Positions 38,904-48,961 of a DNA stretch of 64,000 nt are shown piece by piece; within the stretch, counting starts at the first letter, position 1; each line of letters starts with the position of its first letter. Source of the stretch: Phormidesmis sp. GTDB lineage: Bacteria; Cyanobacteriota; Cyanobacteriia; Leptolyngbyales; Leptolyngbyaceae. The stretch lies in the NCBI GenBank assembly GCA_965248535.1, contig CBDFJR010000002.1:576001-640000 (forward strand). Direction: 5' to 3'. The position numbers and the translations under genes are program-made. Under the pieces are notes generated by a model. The model was given only the letters and a program-made list of their open reading frames with translations, ran no database searches and was not told where the DNA came from.

Positions 38904-39992
38904 ATGCCTCAACCCATTCTCTATATCGCCATCACCAATCACGGATTTGGACACGCGACTCGTGCCGCTTCGGTGGCTGCCAAAATTCAAGAACTGTGTC
39001 CCGAAATTCTATTAATTTTGGCGACGACTGCGCCCCGATCGCTGCTAGAAGCTTACATTCCGGGTGATTTTATTCACCGTCCGCGTGGGCTTGATGTGGG
39101 CGTGGTGCAGTCTGATAGTTTAACAATGGATAAACCTGCAACGCTAGAGAAATTGCGAGCGATCAAAGCTAATCAACGATCGCTGATTGCCTCTGAGGTC
39201 AATTTCATTAAACAAAATCGCGTCGGATTAATTCTGGCAGACATTCCGCCGTTAGCGGCTGCGATCGCTAAAGCTGCGGGCGTTCCGGGTTGGATGATGG
39301 GCAACTTTGGCTGGGATTTCATCTACCGCGCTTGGGGCGGCGAATTTATTGAAATGGCAGACTGGATTAGCGAGTGTTTCACGCACTGCGATCGCTTGTT
39401 TCGGTTGCCGTTTCACGAGCCGATGGCGGCGTTTCCCACGATCGTAGATACCGGGTTAACGGGAGTGAATCCGCGCTTTGACTTGGCAGAACTGAAGGCG
39501 AAATTTAATCTCGCTGAGACTCCAAAAGAAAACATTGCGCTGATGACCTTTGGCGGATTGGGACTCGATCGCATCCCCTACGAAACGATGCAAAAATATC
39601 CTGACTGGCGGTTTATTTGCTTTGATCAGAGTGCGCCAGAGTTGCCCAATCTGCTGCGCGTTGACGATCGCTTCTATCGCCCCGTAGACTTTATGCAACT
39701 GTGCGGTCGCCTGATCTCAAAGCCGGGATACAGCACGTTTTCAGAAGCGTGTCGGCTTGACTTACCGATCGTCTCCCTGACTCGCGAAGGCTTTGCCGAG
39801 GCTCCCGTTTTGCTCGAAGGCATTCAAGACTATGCTTATCACCAAATTCTTTCGCCTGCGGAGTTCTTTCAGGGAAACTGGGAGTTTTTACAGCAACCGT
39901 TGACTGCGCCTCGTTTGTCTGAGTCGCTTTCTAAAGATGGCAATAACACGATCGCTCAAGCTGCGATCGAGTATTTGATGCCAAACCGTTAA
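38904..39992 (+). CDS. Glycosyltransferase-like protein (GT-B fold)
   Basis: HGFGHATR and ISKPGYSTFSEA. Confidence 0.8.
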   Translation: MPQPILYIAITNHGFGHATRAASVAAKIQELCPEILLILATTAPRSLLEAYIPGDFIHRPRGLDVGVVQSDSLTMDKPATLEKLRAIKANQRSLIASEVNFIKQNRVGLILADIPPLAAAIAKAAGVPGWMMGNFGWDFIYRAWGGEFIEMADWISECFTHCDRLFRLPFHEPMAAFPTIVDTGLTGVNPRFDLAELKAKFNLAETPKENIALMTFGGLGLDRIPYETMQKYPDWRFICFDQSAPELPNLLRVDDRFYRPVDFMQLCGRLISKPGYSTFSEACRLDLPIVSLTREGFAEAPVLLEGIQDYAYHQILSPAEFFQGNWEFLQQPLTAPRLSESLSKDGNNTIAQAAIEYLMPNR

Positions 39993-40020
39993 AATCGAAG
40001 TACCTCATTCGGTCTGCAAA

Positions 40021-40695
40021 ATGACGGCTTCCCTCTCTGTCACAGCCAACGTAGCCCATGATTCTAAAGTTCTTACCTGGCAGCCTGCCACTTGGGACGA
40101 GTATTTGACCGTTAGAGACTCAGCGCCCGATCGGGTCAGGTTATGGTTTAATGACGGCTATCTTTTAGCAGACGATATGGGCGGCGAGGGCATTAATCAT
40201 TCTAAAGTTTGTGATCTTTTTGTGATGATCCTGGCCTTCTGGTTTGCGGCTAAACCAGAGCAAATTGCAGAATCATTAGGGCGCTGTTTACTAGAAAAAC
40301 CTCAGCAGAAAGCCTGCGTTCCTGATCTGGTTTTGTATGGGGGCGATCGCATACCGCAGTGGAGTGAAGGGGAACCTCGACGCATTGATTTGACTCAGTG
40401 GCGTGTGCCTGATTTGGTCGGCGAGATTGCAGACACCACCCTTGCTAGCGATTTGGATGAAAAGAAGCAACTCTACGCCGCGTTGGGCATTCCTGAATAT
40501 TGGGTGATTGACGTGTTGGGTAAGCGAGTGATTGCCTTTCGGTTGCAGGAAAACGGCAAATATCTTCAGTGTGTCGAGTCTGTAGCGTTAGCAGGATTGC
40601 CTATTACATTGTTAGAGCAGACGCTCGATCGGTTAATTCAAAACACTAACATCAGCGCTGCAAATTGGTTTGCTCAACAAATCAGTTCGCTTTAA
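40021..40695 (+). CDS. Uma2-family endonuclease
   Basis: PDLVGEIA...DLDEKKQLYAALGIPEYWVID. Confidence 0.9.
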   Translation: MTASLSVTANVAHDSKVLTWQPATWDEYLTVRDSAPDRVRLWFNDGYLLADDMGGEGINHSKVCDLFVMILAFWFAAKPEQIAESLGRCLLEKPQQKACVPDLVLYGGDRIPQWSEGEPRRIDLTQWRVPDLVGEIADTTLASDLDEKKQLYAALGIPEYWVIDVLGKRVIAFRLQENGKYLQCVESVALAGLPITLLEQTLDRLIQNTNISAANWFAQQISSL

Positions 40696-40735
40696 ACTTA
40701 CTCATTCAAAACACAATTCAAACCCTATAATTTTC

Positions 40736-41152
40736 ATGGCTCAACATCAAAAAATTCTGACCATTCCCACTTCTGGCAAAGCGCTGCTGAGAATTAGCCA
40801 AAAGATTCAAGCGATCGTTACCGAATCCGGCATCAAAACGGGCATCTGTCACTTATTTTTGCGCCACACCTCCGCCAGTCTGATCATTCAGGAAAACGCT
40901 GACCCCGATGTGTTGAAAGACTTAGAGAACTTTTTCTCTAAACTCGTCCCCGAATGGGAAACCTATATTCACAGCGCTGAAGGTGATGACGATATGCCCG
41001 CCCACATTCGCACCGTGCTCACCCACACGTCAGAGCAGATCCCGATCGCTCAAGGCCGTTTGCTGCTCGGCACTTGGCAGGGCATCTATATTTGGGAGCA
41101 TCGACAGCGCAACCATCACCGCGAATTAGTGGTGCACATCACCGGAGAATAA
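40736..41152 (+). CDS. YjbQ-family protein (secondary thiamine-phosphate synthase)
   Basis: HTSASL, ENADPDV, DDMPAHI and LGTWQGI. Confidence 0.92.
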   Translation: MAQHQKILTIPTSGKALLRISQKIQAIVTESGIKTGICHLFLRHTSASLIIQENADPDVLKDLENFFSKLVPEWETYIHSAEGDDDMPAHIRTVLTHTSEQIPIAQGRLLLGTWQGIYIWEHRQRNHHRELVVHITGE

Positions 41153-41159
41153 AGGAAGA

Positions 41160-42197
41160 GTGACCGAGCTACCGTTTTCGTCTAAAAAATCTAATCTGAT
41201 CTGGATTGTCTTAATCGCCAGTCTCAGCCTGGGTGGATGCAGCATTGAGAAAGCGCGGGCGCTGCAAGGGGCAGCCGTGCAGTTTAAAACAGAATCTTTG
41301 GCTGCGATCGACGCGATCGACCAAATGCGACAACGAGAATTAGAAGCACCGCCACGATCGCAGTCTGAGATTCGTCAGGGGTTTATCTCGCGGTTGCTCA
41401 ACTCTAAAGTTGACCTCAACAGCACCGTAATCGACCTAGCGATCGACCCGTTTCAGCCGCCCAAAGTTGCCGAGTGGGATGATTTCATCATCGATCTGCG
41501 GAGCCAATATGAAGGGTTTGCCTCGATTTTTGACAAGCTAAATAGCGGCACCTTAATCAGCCAAAGCGAAGCCCAGCAGTCGGCTGAATATGCCCGCAGG
41601 CTAACGGTGCAAATGGCGCTGCTGGCCGACGCGATTAACAAAAATCCGCCGATGCTGGGTCAATATCGGTCGCGCACGATCGTCAAACTCAAAAAACTTC
41701 GGCAAGATTATCAAACCCTGCTGACTCGCCTCAAAGCTAAAGAGTCAGGAAATTTCGATGGAACCGAAACCCTACAGCAGATGAACCAACGCAAATCAGA
41801 TCTTGAAAACCAAGCCGGAGAACTGATGAATGAATGGCAGCAGACCAAACAAGAAGAACAAAAGCTCCTCGAAACCACCGTTTCTCAATGCACTAAAGCC
41901 GCAACGATGGGCAAAGAATTGGTCGAAGTCGCCAATCACTACGACGAGCTAGATGTGAGTCAACTCAACACCCTGATTCCGAGAATTTTGACAACAGCGG
42001 CTGCTTTTACGGGTCGCGATTACAATACGGTCAGAGTTAAAGCGACTAATCTGGTGGCTCAAATTCAGTCTGACCCCCTGTGGAGTGACGTGACCAAAAC
42101 GCTGCTCGATCGGGTCAACACTGCCGCTGCTAGTCGCACTCAGCTACAGGTCAGATTGCCCCTGTCGCTTCCACCTGCTAATAGCCGCAATCGATAA
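41160..42197 (+). CDS. Putative helical lipoprotein, first gene of the PknG-type operon
   Basis: Basic N-terminus, hydrophobic stretch and LGGC lipobox; coiled-coil character. Confidence 0.7.
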   Translation: MTELPFSSKKSNLIWIVLIASLSLGGCSIEKARALQGAAVQFKTESLAAIDAIDQMRQRELEAPPRSQSEIRQGFISRLLNSKVDLNSTVIDLAIDPFQPPKVAEWDDFIIDLRSQYEGFASIFDKLNSGTLISQSEAQQSAEYARRLTVQMALLADAINKNPPMLGQYRSRTIVKLKKLRQDYQTLLTRLKAKESGNFDGTETLQQMNQRKSDLENQAGELMNEWQQTKQEEQKLLETTVSQCTKAATMGKELVEVANHYDELDVSQLNTLIPRILTTAAAFTGRDYNTVRVKATNLVAQIQSDPLWSDVTKTLLDRVNTAAASRTQLQVRLPLSLPPANSRNR

Positions 42198-42214
42198 CCT
42201 CACCTCACCGCTCT

Positions 42215-42514
42215 ATGTCTGACTCTAATCACCTGTTTTTGCAACAAGTCGCCAATTTGATGAATGACCTCAACGTGCGCTACATGGAGGCGGAATTTGA
42301 CGATCAGGTGCAGCTTAAAGATCAGCTAGATCAAGCGATGAATGATTTTTCTAAAGCAAAGTTAGCGATTCTCAAAAACACCATCACCTGCACCGCCGAC
42401 GATGTGAGACAGATGCAGCAACTGCGACAGCGACTCGCAAAAGCCCCTAATTTGCAGCAAATTTTGACGACCGTTATTAGTTTTGCAAACTTTGTTCGAT
42501 TGCGGTTTCTCTAA
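42215..42514 (+). CDS. Small helical hypothetical protein
   Basis: 99-aa ORF tightly packed in the operon. Confidence 0.7.
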   Translation: MSDSNHLFLQQVANLMNDLNVRYMEAEFDDQVQLKDQLDQAMNDFSKAKLAILKNTITCTADDVRQMQQLRQRLAKAPNLQQILTTVISFANFVRLRFL

Positions 42515-42541
42515 GCATCACGGGCTATTGGCAAACGAACT

Positions 42542-43753
42542 ATGATCACGATCGAGCGCCTTGATCAACTTCTCACCGACTGGAAGCACAAACTCAATTT
42601 GGTCAGTCAAAACCTGATTGACCTTCAAGATTTGCCCACTTATCAACAGTTGGCAGGCGCGCCCGGAGTCGCAAAAACCCAGTTAATCGGAGTCACCGCC
42701 ACCCAGGTCACGCCAGCTTTAGAGGCGATTAACGAGCTATTTCAGCAGTTTGATTTGCTGACTCAGCCGATCGAGCAGGCGACTCAGCTTCGCAAGCAAA
42801 TGTCTCGGTTTTTGGGGTCAGAAAAAGCGCTGCAAGATATTGAAACGCTGCTGACGGGCGCTTCGATTCGGCTGCCTGTGGTACAAACGCCCCTCGCCAA
42901 CCGAGATTTGCTCACGGCCGCAGAAACCACAGCGACGATCGCGCCTGCTCAACTGCTGTCGGTGATGATGCAGCGATTTCAAGCCGCGAGAGATGTGGTG
43001 TTGGCCGTTGATGCGGCATGGCTGGCACTAGAGTCTATGCTGGTGGCGGCTGAGGCTGAGATCCGATCGCTTCAGCAATCGGCAAATTTAATCGATCAGG
43101 GTTCTCTAACAGAATTGGGGCAAGTGCATCAAGCGATCGCCACTTTGCACGATCGCATTCAGCAAGATCCGTTAGGGGTGAGAATAGAATTTGAGCAAAC
43201 CCTTCAGCCTTTGATCACACGAGCTAGAAATGCCGTTCAAAAAGGAGTTCAGCAACAGGCGCAAGTGCGAGAGAGACTGGCGATCGCTCAAACGCTATTG
43301 ACTCAATTAGAAACACTGCATCAAAAAAATCTAGCCGCCTTTGCGGAAAGTCAAGAAAAAGTTGTGGATCACTCTTTGCTACAAGCTCCGATCGCTCCAG
43401 AGCATCTTTCTGCCCTCGGTCAATGGCTGACTCGCCTCGCAGCCAAATCAGCCGAGGGGCTAGTCAGCCCCGTTTTGATTGGCCTAGACAATTGGATCAC
43501 CCAAGCCCAAGCGTCTATCGCCTCCGAAAAACGGGCATACTCAGCTAATCTCAAACCCCTCGAAACTCGCCGTGAGTTACGCGGCCGACTCGATGCCCTC
43601 AAAGCCAAAGCTCTCGCGAGAGGATTTGCTGAAGATGCCACCCTGGTTGAACTTGCCGCCCAAGCTAAACAGCTTCTCTACACCCGTCCTACGCCCCTAG
43701 ATGCCGCGATCGCATTAGTTGCCCACTATGAAAAACGTCTCAATAGTCATTAG
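42542..43753 (+). CDS. Coiled-coil protein of the type found before PknG-like kinases
   Basis: All-helical; C-terminal RRELRGRLDALKAKA...LYTRPTPL. Confidence 0.75.
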   Translation: MITIERLDQLLTDWKHKLNLVSQNLIDLQDLPTYQQLAGAPGVAKTQLIGVTATQVTPALEAINELFQQFDLLTQPIEQATQLRKQMSRFLGSEKALQDIETLLTGASIRLPVVQTPLANRDLLTAAETTATIAPAQLLSVMMQRFQAARDVVLAVDAAWLALESMLVAAEAEIRSLQQSANLIDQGSLTELGQVHQAIATLHDRIQQDPLGVRIEFEQTLQPLITRARNAVQKGVQQQAQVRERLAIAQTLLTQLETLHQKNLAAFAESQEKVVDHSLLQAPIAPEHLSALGQWLTRLAAKSAEGLVSPVLIGLDNWITQAQASIASEKRAYSANLKPLETRRELRGRLDALKAKALARGFAEDATLVELAAQAKQLLYTRPTPLDAAIALVAHYEKRLNSH

Positions 43754-43777
43754 CAGTCTACTCACAGGAGTGGTTGA

Positions 43778-45946
43778 ATGAACGGCGCTCCCTGCACTCG
43801 AACCCCTTGCACAGGAACCCTTGACGATGGGTATTGCGACGTTTGCGGACTCGCGGCGATCGCGACTTCTAGCGCTCAGTTCAGCGCCAGAGTCACCGGA
43901 AGAAGCGTCCCTACGACCGGAACGGGGTCTTCGCCCTTGACCAATCGGGCTTCTAAAGGGTCGCGGCGCACTCAATCGACCTCAGCCCGCAGCACTCGCA
44001 GACAGTTAGGCGCAGGCTTAATTTCGGTGCCCGACTTGCCTTCAATCGAGCCAGAAAAGGCGATTTTGATTGAAGCAAAAGTGCCCGAAAACAAACGCTT
44101 TTGCGGCAACTGCAACAATGCTCTCAAGCGAGAAAAAGGCTTTTGCAGCAAATGCGGACAGAAATATTCCTTTGTCGCCACCCTAAAACCGGGCGATGTG
44201 GTGGCGGGTCAATATGAAGTCAAAGGCGCGATCGCTTACGGCGGTCTAGGCTGGATTTATCTCGGCATTGACAAAACTCTGTCGCGCTATGTGGTGCTCA
44301 AAGGGTTGCTCAACACCGAAGATGCCGCTAGCGCTGCCGTTGCGGTGGCCGAGCGTCAGTTTCTCGCGGCGGTCAAACACCCCAACATTGTGGGCATCTA
44401 TAACTTTGTCAACCACGGCACCGAAGGCTTCATCATCATGGAGTATGTCGGCGGGCAAACTCTCAAAGACCTTCGCAAACAGCGAGGCTTGCTGCCCGTC
44501 ACCGAAGCGATCGCCTATATTCACCGCATTCTCAGTGCCTTTGCTTATCTGCATCAGTTGGGGTTGGTCTATTGTGACTTTAAGCCTGACAACGTGATGC
44601 TAGAAGGCGATGATGTCAAGCTGATTGACTTGGGCGGAGTGCGCCGCATTGATGATCCCAATGGGGATATTTACGGCACAGTAGGCTACAGTGCCCCCGA
44701 AGCTGGAGACGGCCCCACAATTCCATCCGATCTGTTCACGGTTGCGCGGACGCTGGCGGTGTTAATCACCAACATCAAGGGCTTTAGCAAAGAGCATCTC
44801 TTCACGTTGCCCAATGCCAACGAAGACCCGATTTTTGCTCAACACGAGTCACTCTATCGATTTTTGATCAAGGCGACGGCGGATAATCCTGACGATCGCT
44901 TGCAGACGGCTGATGAGATGGCCGATCAGCTATTGGGGGTGCTGCGAGAAATGGTGGCGTTAGAGACTAACATCCCTCGCCCCACGTCTAGCAATTTATT
45001 TAGCGGCGATCGGTTAGCGCTGATTAACAGCAGCGACTCTGCACCAATTAAAGCCGATTATGATCAGTTACCCATCCCGTTGTTAAATTCCGCCGATCCC
45101 GGATTTAACGCTGTGATGAATGCTAGCGCGATCGCAGACAGCACCCATCGCATTGAGAATTTATCCCAAGCGGTTAAACAGTTTCCTAAGTCAACTGAAG
45201 CGGTTTTGCGATTGGCCAATAGCCTGATCGGAGTCAACTCTGCTCAAGCTGAAACCTATTTAGCCGAGGTTGAAGCCAAAGACCCGTGGGATTGGCGAGT
45301 CTTGTGGTATCGCGGACGATCGCTGATGGCCCAAGGCAAATTTAAAGACGCTCAGGCAGCCTTTGATCAGGTTTATTTTGACTTGCCCGGAGAGTTAGCG
45401 CCAAAACTGGCGTTAGCCCTATCAGCCGAGCAAGCCAAAAATTATCCTTTAGCGATCAAGATGTATGATTTGGTGTCTCGCACCGATCCCGGTTATGTCT
45501 CGGCGGCCTTTGGGCTAGCGCGCTGTCTGTGCGCCACGGGCGATCGTCCAGGAGCCGTTGCCGCTTTAGAACGGGTGCCGCCATCGTCGAGTTTGTTCAC
45601 CCGATCGCGGGTTGAGGTGGCCCGCACGTTGATCAATCGCGATCGCAGCGCGCCCGGTGCTTCTGAGCTAAAGGCGGCTTCGACGGCGATCGAGGCATTG
45701 ACCTTAGACGGCGTTGAGCGGCATCGGCTGACCCAACAAGTGCTCGAAACCGCCCTGCATTTAGTGACCACCAAAGCCGTTTCGCCGACTGCCTCGATCG
45801 CGATTCTCGGTCAACCGCTAGAGGAGTCCAAAATCAGAAAAGGACTCGAAAAAGCCTTACGTGCTCTCGCCCATCTCGCAACAGGGGACGAAAAAATCAA
45901 GCTGGTCGATGAAGCCAATCAGGTCAGACCGAGGAGTTTATTTTAA
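43778..45946 (+). CDS. PknG-like Ser/Thr kinase (Cys-rich N-terminus, rubredoxin-like domain, kinase domain, TPR domain)
   Basis: VPENKRFCGNC...FCSKCG; GQYEVKGAIAYGGLGWIYL; VVLKGLL; DFKPDN; TPR region with PGELAPKLALA. Confidence 0.9.
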   Translation: MNGAPCTRTPCTGTLDDGYCDVCGLAAIATSSAQFSARVTGRSVPTTGTGSSPLTNRASKGSRRTQSTSARSTRRQLGAGLISVPDLPSIEPEKAILIEAKVPENKRFCGNCNNALKREKGFCSKCGQKYSFVATLKPGDVVAGQYEVKGAIAYGGLGWIYLGIDKTLSRYVVLKGLLNTEDAASAAVAVAERQFLAAVKHPNIVGIYNFVNHGTEGFIIMEYVGGQTLKDLRKQRGLLPVTEAIAYIHRILSAFAYLHQLGLVYCDFKPDNVMLEGDDVKLIDLGGVRRIDDPNGDIYGTVGYSAPEAGDGPTIPSDLFTVARTLAVLITNIKGFSKEHLFTLPNANEDPIFAQHESLYRFLIKATADNPDDRLQTADEMADQLLGVLREMVALETNIPRPTSSNLFSGDRLALINSSDSAPIKADYDQLPIPLLNSADPGFNAVMNASAIADSTHRIENLSQAVKQFPKSTEAVLRLANSLIGVNSAQAETYLAEVEAKDPWDWRVLWYRGRSLMAQGKFKDAQAAFDQVYFDLPGELAPKLALALSAEQAKNYPLAIKMYDLVSRTDPGYVSAAFGLARCLCATGDRPGAVAALERVPPSSSLFTRSRVEVARTLINRDRSAPGASELKAASTAIEALTLDGVERHRLTQQVLETALHLVTTKAVSPTASIAILGQPLEESKIRKGLEKALRALAHLATGDEKIKLVDEANQVRPRSLF

Positions 45947-45951
45947 GCGTC

Positions 45952-46917
45952 ATGCCAACTATTCAATGTCCAACCTGTGATGCCGCCGTTTTGCAAGACG
46001 ACCAGTTTTGTGAAGAATGCGGCACGGCTTTAATCGAGAAATCTGGGATAGGCTGTGAGAAATGCGGTGCGCCGCCGGACACGATCGACGCAGAAGGCTT
46101 TTGCAATCAGTGTGGGTTTCGGCGAGAAGCCAAGACGGGCGATCGTGTGGAAATCATTCTCAACCCCAATTTGGCTGGAGTCAGCGATCGGGGCCTCAGA
46201 CATCATCAAAACGAAGATTTTCTGGCATTGCAAACCCTTGGGACTGCTGAAATTCTGGTCGTTTGCGATGGGGTATCCAGTTCTCATCACCCCGAACTTG
46301 CGTCTCAAGCGGCTTCTAAAAGTGCAAGTTTAGCGCTGGCATCAGCCCTGCAAACCGGAGCCGCGCCAGAGGTTGCCCTTCAGTCGGCGGTCAAGACTGC
46401 CCTCTCAGACGTTTGTCGCTTGGTGGAAGGTCAGTCAGATGCCGAGCCGCCGTCTACCACTTTGGTCGCGGCAGTAGTGCAAGCGGGCATCGCCACGATC
46501 GGGTGGCTGGGCGACAGTCGGGCTTACTGGATTTCGGAAACTGGATCACGACAGTTAACTCACGATCACTCCTGGGTTAATGACGCGATCGCGTCGGGCA
46601 AAATGACCGCAGTCGAGGCCAATCACGCGCCGCAGGCCCACGCAATCACGCGCTGGCTAGGAGCCGATGCCCAAGATGCAGGTGATCCTACGATCGTCCA
46701 GTTTCCGCTTCCTGGCGCTGGTTATCTGCTGCTCTGTAGCGACGGGCTGTGGAACTATGCACCCGCAGCCCAACAGATTCAGGGATTAGTGCAAAAAAGT
46801 TTGAAACTAGATGCGGTGACGATCGCCCGATCGTTGGTTGAGTTTGCCCGATCGCAGGGGGGACGCGATAATATTACCGTTGCGCTATTCATTCATCCTT
46901 CGTTAACGTCTGATTAA
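45952..46917 (+). CDS. PP2C-family phosphatase with N-terminal zinc ribbons
   Basis: Four CxxC; NEDF, VCDGVS, GDSRAY, CSDGLWN and GGRDNITV. Confidence 0.92.
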   Translation: MPTIQCPTCDAAVLQDDQFCEECGTALIEKSGIGCEKCGAPPDTIDAEGFCNQCGFRREAKTGDRVEIILNPNLAGVSDRGLRHHQNEDFLALQTLGTAEILVVCDGVSSSHHPELASQAASKSASLALASALQTGAAPEVALQSAVKTALSDVCRLVEGQSDAEPPSTTLVAAVVQAGIATIGWLGDSRAYWISETGSRQLTHDHSWVNDAIASGKMTAVEANHAPQAHAITRWLGADAQDAGDPTIVQFPLPGAGYLLLCSDGLWNYAPAAQQIQGLVQKSLKLDAVTIARSLVEFARSQGGRDNITVALFIHPSLTSD

Positions 46918-46963
46918 TCCAACCGTTATCTTTTTTGTCATATTCTCCATTCCTTACAAATCT

Positions 46964-48241
46964 ATGGCTACTCAATTCACGGCTGAAGTCTTCCAAAATC
47001 AATTTTTGCCCCAAGGGTCGAGAGAAGTCCACGCGATCATGACTGTGAACGCTGGCGAGAACACAGAAATCTCAAGTAGCGTATCGGGCGATCGACTGTT
47101 TGGCATTATTTGCGACACGTCAGGATCAATGGGCGGACAAAAAATCCGATCGGCAAAAGATGCCCTGATCAAAGTCGTCAATCTGCTTCCCGAAGATGCC
47201 CATTTTTTCATTGTCACGGGGGCAAGCAGTGCGCGATTAGTCGCTCCATTAACCCAAGCCACGCCTGAAAATAAACAGCGCGCGATCGTCAATATTCGCT
47301 CGATCGAAGCCAGTGGCGGAACGCTGATTTCAACCTGGCTGAATGCGGCGCTTAAACAGTTTCAGCAAATGCCGACCGCCATTCGTCAAGCCTTATTGCT
47401 GACCGACGGGCAAAATGATGAATCGGATGAAAAAGCCTTCGATCGGGTGCTTAAAACCTGTGAGGGCGTGTTTCAATGTGACTGTCGAGGAGTCGGAACC
47501 GACTGGCGCGTTGCTCAACTCAAACGCATTTCTAGCAAGCTTCTGGGCACCACTGACATCATTGCCGATGCGCTGCTGATTGAAGCTGATTTTCAGGCGA
47601 TCTTGCAGCAGGCGATGGGCAAAAACATTAGCGATGTGGCCATGCGGCTGTGGACACCTCAAGGAGCCAAGATTCTGTTTTGCAAGCAGGTCAGCCCTGA
47701 TATTGTCGATCTCACCGATCGGGCAAAATCTCTAAAACCCCAAGTGGTTGACTATCCCACAGGAGCGTGGGGCAAACGCGAATCACGAGATTATCACTTC
47801 TGCATTGAGGTCAATCCGGGGAATGTGGGCGACGAAATGCTGGCGGGTCGAGCGAGTTTGATCTGCACGATCGCGGGCACCGAGACTAAAATCGCCGAAG
47901 CCCGCATCCTGGCAGTTTGGACGGATGACGATGCAAAATCCACTAAGATCGATCGCCGCGTCGCTCACTACACCGGGCAAGCCGAACTCGCCCAAACCAT
48001 TCAAGAAGGGCTAGATGCCCGCAATCAAGGCAACGTTGAAGTCGCCACCGCCAAACTCGGACGAGCCGTTAAAATCGCTCACGAATCGGGCAACGAAGCC
48101 ACCGCTAAACTTCTCAGAACGGTGGTAGAAATCGAGGACGCGCCCACCGGAACCGTGCGATTGAAAAAAGCGATCGCCAAAGAAGACGAAATGGCCTTGG
48201 AAACCCGATCAACCAAAACCACCCGCATTCCCAAGTCATAA
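46964..48241 (+). CDS. von Willebrand factor A domain protein
   Basis: MIDAS DTSGSM and LLTDGQN. Confidence 0.9.
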   Translation: MATQFTAEVFQNQFLPQGSREVHAIMTVNAGENTEISSSVSGDRLFGIICDTSGSMGGQKIRSAKDALIKVVNLLPEDAHFFIVTGASSARLVAPLTQATPENKQRAIVNIRSIEASGGTLISTWLNAALKQFQQMPTAIRQALLLTDGQNDESDEKAFDRVLKTCEGVFQCDCRGVGTDWRVAQLKRISSKLLGTTDIIADALLIEADFQAILQQAMGKNISDVAMRLWTPQGAKILFCKQVSPDIVDLTDRAKSLKPQVVDYPTGAWGKRESRDYHFCIEVNPGNVGDEMLAGRASLICTIAGTETKIAEARILAVWTDDDAKSTKIDRRVAHYTGQAELAQTIQEGLDARNQGNVEVATAKLGRAVKIAHESGNEATAKLLRTVVEIEDAPTGTVRLKKAIAKEDEMALETRSTKTTRIPKS

Positions 48242-48249
48242 CCGCTACT

Positions 48250-48948
48250 ATGTCTACCTATCTCTGCCCCAAAGGTCACCAATCTAGCGAGTCAGACTAT
48301 TGCTCAGAATGCGGTGTGAAAATTGTCAGCAGTTCTGCCCCGATCGTGCCTTCCATTCCTCAGCACGCTGCTGTCTTATGTCCCGATTGCAGCGCTCCTC
48401 ACGAACTACACGGCGGCAATTTTTGCGAAATTTGCGGCTATAACTTCTTGACCAAAGCTCACGGAGAATTGCCGATCGTCCCGCCTGCTGTGCCCGTTGT
48501 TGCACCCGTTGCTGTGCCCGAAGTCATAGCACCCCTTGAAACGGTCACGACGAAACAGCCAGAATCAGCGCCTTGTGGCTGGCAAGCAGTGGTCACGATC
48601 GACCCATCTCTACGTCACCCCGATAGCCCAGGGCCGCCAGCAGACCAGCCTCCGATCACGATTCGTCTCGATCAGCCAACTCATTTAATCGGTCGCACCA
48701 GCCAAGCCAGAGCCGTTTATCCCGATATTGCGGTGGATTTGGATGACGCTGTTTCTCATCGCCACGCGATTGTCGATCGCTCGTCAGACAACACGCTGAT
48801 CTTGCGCGATATCGGCTCCTCTAACGGCACTCAATTGAATGGAGTTGAACTCCAACCCATGACAGATGTGACCCTTAAAGACGGGGACGAGATCACGATC
48901 GGGCATTGGACAAAAATCATCATTCAAGCCATTACTCAATCCGCATAA
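48250..48948 (+). CDS. Zinc-ribbon plus FHA domain protein
   Basis: CPKGH...CSECG and CPDC...CEICG; IGR, VSHRHA and DIGSSNGT. Confidence 0.92.
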   Translation: MSTYLCPKGHQSSESDYCSECGVKIVSSSAPIVPSIPQHAAVLCPDCSAPHELHGGNFCEICGYNFLTKAHGELPIVPPAVPVVAPVAVPEVIAPLETVTTKQPESAPCGWQAVVTIDPSLRHPDSPGPPADQPPITIRLDQPTHLIGRTSQARAVYPDIAVDLDDAVSHRHAIVDRSSDNTLILRDIGSSNGTQLNGVELQPMTDVTLKDGDEITIGHWTKIIIQAITQSA

Positions 48949-48961
48949 TTTGTGATCTACC

